From Hyphomicrobiales bacterium (lineage in GTDB: Bacteria > Pseudomonadota > Alphaproteobacteria > Rhizobiales > Xanthobacteraceae): DNA of 64,000 bases. Position numbers and translations under genes: made by a program. The notes beneath the pieces are model-generated. The model worked only from the letters and a program-made list of their open reading frames with translations. It did no database searches and was not told the origin of the DNA. Where the stretch lies: assembly GCA_021732625.1 (NCBI GenBank), contig JAKFUP010000025.1, forward strand, positions 335 to 64,334, written 5' to 3'. Below, piece by piece: positions 56,413 through 64,000 of the stretch (position 1 is the stretch's first letter; every line of letters begins with the position of its first letter).

Positions 56413-57702
56413 TTACCCCGCGCTCAAGATCACCGGCGGTGGTGGCATCGTCACGATTGGCGGCTTGGCGTTGAGCGCCTCGACCTGAAAGCCGGCGACG
56501 CGCTTGTAATTGTTGGCGATGTCTTCCAGTTCCTGCTGCGACAGCACATCGGTGACGACCTTAAAGCCGTCCGGCGCGCGCTCCTCGACCATCTGCATCA
56601 CCTGCTCCGGGCCATTCTTGCGGTTGAGCATCACGAGGTCGGTGGTCGCGGGACGCCGCTCGGCTTCATAGGCTTCCAGCGCAACGATTGTCTGGCCGTG
56701 CTTGAGAATCTCGCGGGTGATGGTGCGTGCATCGAGGATGGCCTGTGACGCGCCGTTGGAACCGATTGGGTACATCGGGTGCGCGGCGTCGCCCATCAGC
56801 GTGATCGGACCGAAGGTCCAGCGGTTGACGGGATCACGGTCGACCAGCGGATACTCGTAAGAATGCGGGCAATTACGGATCAGGCCCGGCACGTCGAGCC
56901 AGCCGAAGCGCCAGTCCTCGAACCACGGCAGGAATTCGTCGAGATTCGCTTTGCGGTTGTAATCCTCGCGCCGCCACTTGTAGTCCGGATCGAGATGACG
57001 CTCGGCGACCCAGTTGATCAGATATTTGCCATTGGCGTCCGGCGTCTTCGAGATCGGATAGCAGACGAACTTCAGGATTTGATGTCCCGCCATGATCATG
57101 GTGCGGCCGGACAGGAACGCATCGCTCGCAGTGATGCCGCGCCACAGGATGCGGCCGTTCCAGATCGGTGGACCTTCATCCGGATAGAGCTTTGCGCGGA
57201 TCGCGGAGTGAATGCCGTCGGCGGCGATCAGCAGCGTGCCGTCATGGATGCCGGCATTGTTGCCGGTGGTCTTGTCGACGAAGCTGGCGCGGACGCCGCC
57301 GTCGATCTCCTTGAAATGCGACAGATGATGGCTGGTAAGAATATTGTCGCGGCCGAGCCGTTCGATCGCGGTTTCGAGCAAGATGGTTTGCAGCGTACCG
57401 CGATGGATCGAGAACTGCGGCCACTTGTAACCGGCCTCGACGCCGCGCGCCTCGCTCCAGATCGGTTTGCCGTGCTTCGAGAAGTACGCCAGTTCCTTGG
57501 TGCGAACGCCGGACGCATCGAGCTTGTCGTGTAGCCCGAGTTCGATCAGTTCGCGCACCGCATGCGGCAATACGTTGATGCCGACGCCGAGCGGTTTTAA
57601 TTCCGGCACGCTCTCGAACACGCGGCACGGCACGCCGATCTGATGAAGGCTGAGCGCGAGCGTGAGTCCGCCGATGCCGCCGCCTGCGATGAGAACTGTC
57701 AT
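56413..57702 (-). CDS. FAD-dependent aromatic-ring monooxygenase-like protein
   Basis: The N-terminal dinucleotide fold VLIAGGGIGGLTLAL, then ADGIHS, and the GD motif LMGDAAHPMYPIGSNGASQA. Confidence 0.8.
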   Translation of the reverse strand: MTVLIAGGGIGGLTLALSLHQIGVPCRVFESVPELKPLGVGINVLPHAVRELIELGLHDKLDASGVRTKELAYFSKHGKPIWSEARGVEAGYKWPQFSIHRGTLQTILLETAIERLGRDNILTSHHLSHFKEIDGGVRASFVDKTTGNNAGIHDGTLLIAADGIHSAIRAKLYPDEGPPIWNGRILWRGITASDAFLSGRTMIMAGHQILKFVCYPISKTPDANGKYLINWVAERHLDPDYKWRREDYNRKANLDEFLPWFEDWRFGWLDVPGLIRNCPHSYEYPLVDRDPVNRWTFGPITLMGDAAHPMYPIGSNGASQAILDARTITREILKHGQTIVALEAYEAERRPATTDLVMLNRKNGPEQVMQMVEERAPDGFKVVTDVLSQQELEDIANNYKRVAGFQVEALNAKPPIVTMPPPPVILSAG

Positions 57703-57862
57703 TGTATACGCCTCGTCACTCTCGAAAGCGTCATGACACGGGATGGCGTTTGGGGGCAACCGCGAAGGGGCAACGAGGTCTGGCGCGTGGCTTCGCTACG
57801 GAACGCGATCCTCGCTGTCAGTTCACCCGGAAACTTTTTGAGCGGCTGTTGCAGGAGGAGCC

Positions 57863-59023
<1,161 letters not shown>

Positions 59024-59244
59024 CAGGCGACGCAGCCGGCGACGCGGGACTAACTAAACCGACTGCGGCGATCATGACGGTGCGAGGTAAACGGCAGGTT
59101 TATCGAAAAAACTTCTTGCGGCCCCGAGCTAGGCAATATTTGCCGGGCGCGCTATTTGTTAAGACAATGGAAATGCGCCAGACTGGCGCCCATATGGTGT
59201 GGCGATGAATGCGCCGCATACGATTGAAATGAGGAACCTGCGCC

Positions 59245-60186
59245 ATGCGTTACGATGATTTTCGCCGCAGCGACAACATCGACGACCGGCGTGACGACGG
59301 CGGCGGAGACTTTGGCGGCGGCGGAGGCGGGTTTGGTCTTCCGACGGGTGGCGGTGGCCTCGGCATCGGCACGATCGTTGTGCTCGGTCTGGTTGGCTGG
59401 GCTTTCGGCATCGATCCCCGGCTTCTGATCGGCGGCGCGGAAATCCTCACCGGCGGCAGCGGCGGTGCGCCGACCATCCAGACCGAGCGCCGGTCGGGAC
59501 CGGCCAAAGCCGGTGCGCCCAAGGATGAGATGGGCGACCTCATCTCCGCGACGCTCGGATCGATCGACGATCGTTGGACCGAAATTTTCCAGACCAGCGG
59601 ACGGCGTTACCAGGGACCGCGCATCGTGTTGTTCCGCAACGCTACCAATGGCGGCCGCTGCGGACGGGCGCAATCGGCGATGGGGCCGTTTTATTGTCCG
59701 CCGGATCGGTTGATCTATCTCGATACGAATTTCTTCCGCGAGGTCGAGACGCGCTTCCGCGGCTGTTCGGGTAGCGCGTGCAAGTTCACTGCTGCCTACA
59801 TCATCGCGCATGAAGCGGGTCATCACATCCAGAACCTGCTTGGCATTCTGCCGCGCGTGAACCAGATGCAGCAGCAGGCTGGAAGCCGGGCCGAATCCAA
59901 TCGCCTGCAGGTGATGGTGGAGTTGCAGGCGGATTGCCTCTCCGGCTTGTGGGTCAATCGGCAGCTGAAGAAATCACCGGGCTTCCTTGAGGCCGGGGAC
60001 ATCGACGCTGCACTGCAGACCGCAACCGCGATCGGTGACGATACGCTGCAGCGCAAGGCGCAAGGCCGCGTGGTGCCGGATTCGTTCACCCATGGCTCCG
60101 CCGAGCAGCGCAAGCGCTGGTTCATGACCGGCTATCAGCAGGGCACCATCGAGGCCTGCAATACGTTCGGCGCGAGTAACTTGTGA
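59245..60186 (+). CDS. YpfJ-family neutral zinc metallopeptidase
   Basis: N-terminal MRYDDFRRSDNIDDRR, a Gly-rich segment and TM, and HEAGHH (HExxH). Confidence 0.8.
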   Translation: MRYDDFRRSDNIDDRRDDGGGDFGGGGGGFGLPTGGGGLGIGTIVVLGLVGWAFGIDPRLLIGGAEILTGGSGGAPTIQTERRSGPAKAGAPKDEMGDLISATLGSIDDRWTEIFQTSGRRYQGPRIVLFRNATNGGRCGRAQSAMGPFYCPPDRLIYLDTNFFREVETRFRGCSGSACKFTAAYIIAHEAGHHIQNLLGILPRVNQMQQQAGSRAESNRLQVMVELQADCLSGLWVNRQLKKSPGFLEAGDIDAALQTATAIGDDTLQRKAQGRVVPDSFTHGSAEQRKRWFMTGYQQGTIEACNTFGASNL

Positions 60187-60746
60187 CGATGACTGACGCC
60201 GGCCAGCCGCGCACATTCATCCCGCTCAACATCGCGGTGCTGACGATCTCCGACACGCGCGCGCTCGCCGACGACAAATCCGGCACCACTCTGGCCGACC
60301 GCCTCACTGCGGCGGGTCACAAGCTCGCTGCGCGCGACATCGTGATTGATGATATCGATGCGATCCGCGCGAAGGTGAAAATCTGGATCGCCGATGCTGG
60401 CATCGACGCGATCATCACCACCGGCGGCACCGGTTTCACCGGCCGCGACGTGACGCCTGAAGCGATCGAGCCGCTGTTCGAGAAACGGATGGACGGATTT
60501 TCCATCGCCTTTCACATGCTGAGCCACGCCAAGATCGGCGTCTCGACCATCCAGAGCCGGGCCACCGCCGGGGTTGCGGGTGCGACCTATATCTTCTGCC
60601 TGCCGGGATCCCCCGGCGCCTGCCGCGACGGCTGGGACGGCATTCTCGCGCATCAGCTCGATTACCGTTCGAAGCCATGTAATTTCGTCGAGATCATGCC
60701 GCGTCTCGACGAACATCTGCGCCGTGGCAAGGCGAAGAGCGCTTGA
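60183..60746 (+). CDS. moaB: Molybdenum cofactor biosynthesis protein B
   Basis: MoaB/MogA fold motifs LTISDTR, TTGGTGFTGRDVTPEA and PGSPGAC. The GTG start overlaps the ypfJ stop, with an alternative ATG at 60189. Confidence 0.8.
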   Translation: MTMTDAGQPRTFIPLNIAVLTISDTRALADDKSGTTLADRLTAAGHKLAARDIVIDDIDAIRAKVKIWIADAGIDAIITTGGTGFTGRDVTPEAIEPLFEKRMDGFSIAFHMLSHAKIGVSTIQSRATAGVAGATYIFCLPGSPGACRDGWDGILAHQLDYRSKPCNFVEIMPRLDEHLRRGKAKSA

Positions 60747-60810
60747 TCCCGAAAAGCTTGTCCTGGACTTGATCCGGGATGGGAACCGGTTTTCGGATCA
60801 GATCAAGCGC
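60739..60810. repeat. Palindromic repeat, family 5 variant
   Basis: GCGCTTGATC (60739-60748) pairs with GATCAAGCGC (60801-60810). The inner GATCCCGAAAA pairs imperfectly with TTTTCGGATC. It overlaps the moaB stop codon. Confidence 0.7.
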
Positions 60811-60932
60811 CAAGATGTAGATGCGCGACAGCCTGACCGGCTAGCCTTGACTTGCTCCCGGCAAGTCTCAATCATTGTTCCCAATCAATAACGCGCGCTT
60901 GCGGTCGAATAATTTTGCGCCGGGAGGATGCC

Positions 60933-61751
60933 ATGGGAGAGATCGTTTCTCTCGATGAACTCGCCGCCAATGTCCGCGACGGCATGTCGCTGGCTCTGCC
61001 GATCGATCATTCCGGCGTCGCCATGGCCGCGACTGCAGCGATCATCGCCCGCCGCCCGAGAAATCTGCACATCATCTGCATGCCGACCAGCGGCATACAG
61101 GCCGACATGCTGATCGGCGAAGGTTTGGCCGCAACGGTAGAGACCAGTGCAGTGACGCTGGGCGAGGCCGGTGCCGCACCGCGATTTACCGAAGCCGCGC
61201 GCAGCGGCGCGTTTCGTCTGATGGAGGCGACGTGCCCGGCGACGCTCGCCGGACTTATCGCGGGCCAGAAGGGCGTGCCGTTCATGCCGATCCGCGGTAT
61301 CATCGGCAGCGACCTGATGAAGGCGCGGCCGGACTGGGCCGTCATCAACAATCCGTTTGCGCCGGATGACTCGATTGTCGTCGTGCCTGCGATCTGCCCG
61401 GACGTGTCGTTGTTTCACGCGCCCGAAGCCGATCGCTTCGGCAACGTCAGGATCGGACGGAACACCGAACTCGCCACCATGGCTTATGCATCGAAGGCGA
61501 CGCTGGTGACGGTGGAGCGCATCATCGAGACCTCGCTGCTGGCAGATGAGCAATCCGCCGCCGGTGTGTTGCCCGCACTCTATGTGACGGCGATTGCGCA
61601 GGTCACGCAGGGTGCATGGCCGCTCGGGCTGTGGGGCGAATATGAAGCCGATACGGCCGAGATCGCTCGCTACGCGCGGATGGCGAAATCACAGGATGGC
61701 TTCGCCGCTTACATGCAGGGCTTCGTGCAGCGGCTCAAGGCGGTGGCGTGA
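60933..61751 (+). CDS. CoA-transferase subunit A (glutaconate/3-oxoacid CoA-transferase family)
   Basis: About 272 aa from MGEIVSLDELAANVRDGMSLAL. GGGAGGA lies upstream of the ATG at 60933. It is followed by an overlapping subunit B gene. Confidence 0.7.
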   Translation: MGEIVSLDELAANVRDGMSLALPIDHSGVAMAATAAIIARRPRNLHIICMPTSGIQADMLIGEGLAATVETSAVTLGEAGAAPRFTEAARSGAFRLMEATCPATLAGLIAGQKGVPFMPIRGIIGSDLMKARPDWAVINNPFAPDDSIVVVPAICPDVSLFHAPEADRFGNVRIGRNTELATMAYASKATLVTVERIIETSLLADEQSAAGVLPALYVTAIAQVTQGAWPLGLWGEYEADTAEIARYARMAKSQDGFAAYMQGFVQRLKAVA

Positions 61752-62500
61752 GCGTTCGTCCTGCGACGCAGCGCGAAATCCTGATTGCGACCATCGCCGA
61801 TCTGTTGAGCGGCGTGCGCACCGTCGCGGTCGGTGCATCGTCGCCGATCCCGGCCGCCGGCGCGATGCTGCTGCGGGCGCGCAATGAAATTCGCGGACGC
61901 GAACGGGTGCGTATCGTTGTGCTCGGTTCGCGCGAGCATAACTTCTTCACCAATGGCGCGGTTGAGTTGTTCGACTGCGCCGCGCAGGGCCGCATCGATG
62001 CGTTCTTTCTTGGCGGCGGCCAGATCGACGGTCAGGCCAACATCAATCTGGTCGGGACCGGCGACTATCCTGTCAGCACGGTGCGCTGGCCGGGCTCGTT
62101 CGGATCGGCGTTCCTCTATTACGTGGTGCCGCGCGTGATCCTGTTCCGCGAGGAGCACTCGCCGCGGGTGTTTGTCGACAAGGTCGACTTCGTCAGCGCG
62201 CCCGGCACCAGCGAGGGTATCGTGCGCAATGGCGGTCCTCACGCTTTGCTAACAGGAATGGCTTTGTTCGGCTTCGACAAGACACGCAAGCGCTTCGATC
62301 TGCGCAGTGCGCATCGCGGCGTATCTGCGGTGGACGTGAAAGCTGCGACCGGTTTCGATTACGACGCGCCGGCGTCGGTGCCCATGACCGCCGAGCCGGA
62401 TGCCGAGACGCTGGCTTTGCTGCGCGGCCGGGTCACCGGCGAACTCGCCGAGTGCTATCCGCAGTTCGTCGGAGCGCTCGAAGCTGAACGGGCCGCCTGA
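61748..62500 (+). CDS. CoA-transferase subunit B
   Basis: 250 aa. The GTG start overlaps the subunit A stop (GTGA). It has FLGGGQIDGQANINL, a CoA-transferase beta-like motif. Confidence 0.7.
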   Translation: MSVRPATQREILIATIADLLSGVRTVAVGASSPIPAAGAMLLRARNEIRGRERVRIVVLGSREHNFFTNGAVELFDCAAQGRIDAFFLGGGQIDGQANINLVGTGDYPVSTVRWPGSFGSAFLYYVVPRVILFREEHSPRVFVDKVDFVSAPGTSEGIVRNGGPHALLTGMALFGFDKTRKRFDLRSAHRGVSAVDVKAATGFDYDAPASVPMTAEPDAETLALLRGRVTGELAECYPQFVGALEAERAA

Positions 62501-63433
62501 CTAGAGCTGTAATTCCCAGGTCTCGCCGATCAAATCCTTGCCGAAGCTGTGATGCGGCTCAGAGCCGACCAGAACGAAGCCCGTGCTTTGATAGATGCCG
62601 CGCGCAGCGGCGAGCATGCTCTGGGTCCAGAGCGTGATCTTGCGATAGCCGCTGGCGCGAGCAAAGGCAATGCATTCGCCGACCAGCATCTTGCCGGCGC
62701 CAAGTCCCTGCGCGGAAGGATGCACGATCAGCAGCCGCAGTTTGGCGACCTCGCGCGATTGCTTGACCAGAAACACGGAGCCAATTCGTTTGTTATCAAC
62801 TTCCGCGATCCAGCAACGCTCGCAGGATGCGTCGTAGTTGGCGAGAAACTTCGCGACGATCTCCGCAACCATACCTTCGAACGAAATGTCCCAGCCATAT
62901 TGCTCGGCGTATTGCCGGCCGTGCTCGGACGTGACCCACCCCATGTCGCCGGGGCGGTGCGCGCGCAACACTGGCCGGGCGCGCTCTGCATCCGGATCGA
63001 GCAGCGTCTCGATCGCAGCCATTGCCTCGATCAATCGCGCCGTGTCGCCCGGCGACAGTTGGCCGAGCAGGGCGGTTGCGCTGTCGCGTGACTGGCTGTT
63101 GAGCTTGCCAAAGGCTGCGCGGCCTTTTGCCGTCAACGCGAGGCGGAATTGCCTCCGGTCTTCCGGCGCGGCGGTGCGCGTGATCAACATCCCGTCCATG
63201 AATGTTTGAACGATACGGCTGAGATAGCCGGGATCGAGACCGAGTTCGATGCCGATGTCCTTTGCTGTGATGGTGTCGCGATGAGCCAACTCGTAAAGCA
63301 CACGCGCTTCGGTCAGCGAGTACGGGCTCTTCAGCAGATGCTGGTCGAGAACGCCAATGGTGCGGGTATAGAAGCGGTTGAAATGCCGCAGCGCTGCGAT
63401 GCTGGTTTCGCCGGCTGGCGGATCGGACGGCAT
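62501..63433 (-). CDS. Fused MarR-family HTH regulator / GNAT acetyltransferase
   Basis: An N-terminal MarR-like region (LTEARVLYELAH..ITAKDIGIELGLDPGYLSRIV) and a C-terminal GNAT region (LIVHPSAQGLGAGKMLV). Confidence 0.8.
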   Translation of the reverse strand: MPSDPPAGETSIAALRHFNRFYTRTIGVLDQHLLKSPYSLTEARVLYELAHRDTITAKDIGIELGLDPGYLSRIVQTFMDGMLITRTAAPEDRRQFRLALTAKGRAAFGKLNSQSRDSATALLGQLSPGDTARLIEAMAAIETLLDPDAERARPVLRAHRPGDMGWVTSEHGRQYAEQYGWDISFEGMVAEIVAKFLANYDASCERCWIAEVDNKRIGSVFLVKQSREVAKLRLLIVHPSAQGLGAGKMLVGECIAFARASGYRKITLWTQSMLAAARGIYQSTGFVLVGSEPHHSFGKDLIGETWELQL

Positions 63434-63485
63434 GGGAAGTGATCGGCTGTCGGATTTGCGATAACCGATACTGTTGCCGATATAC

Positions 63486-63498
63486 TTGACTAAGTCAA
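63486..63498. promoter_or_regulatory. 13-bp perfect palindrome TTGACTAAGTCAA upstream of the MarR/GNAT gene
   Basis: A 6-1-6 palindrome, 53-65 nt upstream of the start at 63433. MarR operators are typically short palindromes. Confidence 0.35.
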
Positions 63499-63999
63499 CT
63501 AATTATGATCGGCCGTCGCGGGTACGAATATCCGGGTCCGGAGCAGGGCCCGGCCGGATCGGCCGAGATGCGACAGCAGCTTTTTCTCGGACCACCGCGC
63601 GGTCGGGGAATACCCGCCGAGGGTGTCGTAATGAGCGCGCGTGATCAGCAAGCCCTGATCGGCTGAGGGGCCGGTCAGCATCCGCGCCACGGATTTGACG
63701 CCTTCGCGAAATCCCGTCGGCGCATAGGGCGAGCGGGCATAGCGGAAGATCGCGGCTTTGGTATTGCCGCTGATCGCAACGCTTTTCATGAAATGCGAGG
63801 TCTCGTCGATCCAGCCTTGATCGAGGATTGCGCCCGGATGCAGGAACATCAGCCATGGCGATCGCGCCTGCCGCGCACCTGCGGCCAGCGCTGCCGCCCG
63901 GGGACCATCGTCGATCGAGAGATAGCCGCAGCCAGCGACGTCCGCGACGCGCTCGATCGCCTCTGATCTCGTGCGATCGACCAGCAGCACCTCGCTGAC
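63499..63999 (-). CDS. Glycosyltransferase-like protein (N-terminus outside window)
   Basis: The frame is open to the window edge. The sequence (SPWLMFLHPGAILDQGWIDE...) resembles family-2 glycosyltransferase C-terminal regions, but recognition is weak. Confidence 0.5.
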   Translation of the reverse strand, partial: VSEVLLVDRTRSEAIERVADVAGCGYLSIDDGPRAAALAAGARQARSPWLMFLHPGAILDQGWIDETSHFMKSVAISGNTKAAIFRYARSPYAPTGFREGVKSVARMLTGPSADQGLLITRAHYDTLGGYSPTARWSEKKLLSHLGRSGRALLRTRIFVPATADHN

Positions 64000-64000
64000 G

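Noticed and set aside
59159-59173. TTAAGACAATGGAAA upstream of ccrM as a possible CtrA box (TTAA-N7-TTAA).
   Set aside because: Only the first half-site matches, and the second half is GAAA. This is too weak to call without a matrix scan or conservation data.

Overview
High-GC chromosomal core region of an alphaproteobacterium. The fused fbcH (cytochrome b/c1), the fused trpE(G), ccrM and several dispersed palindromic repeat families suggest Bradyrhizobiaceae/Nitrobacteraceae, but this is inference with no database search. I support about 57 protein genes. They include a beta-oxidation cluster (fadE-like, thiolase, fadB-like, thioesterase); isocitrate lyase with a divergent XRE/ImmA-type regulator; an AbrB/MazF-type toxin-antitoxin pair; and a TonB-dependent receptor with a DUF2946 gene behind a Zur-box-like palindrome. 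Also present are a MoxR/DUF58/DUF4159/membrane-protein cassette, hemF-queD-queE, trmL, fbcF-fbcH, trpE(G) with an unannotated Trp-codon leader peptide and attenuator, and apt. The remainder includes two tandem ParA/TraL-like P-loop genes, LemA plus an M48 peptidase, a class III nucleotide cyclase, smc (apparently frameshifted), dsbA-like, mutY, ccrM, moaB and a CoA-transferase pair. I saw no rRNA, tRNA, CRISPR array, transposase, integrase or prophage genes. Many gene pairs overlap by 1-4 nt (ATGA, GTGA, TTGA, TGATG), consistent with translational coupling. Intergenic spacers are rich in palindromic REP/MITE-like elements, and several listed ORFs are N-terminally over-extended because they read through these repeats. 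All family and domain names come from my own recognition of translated motifs, not from searches. Start codons are best guesses.
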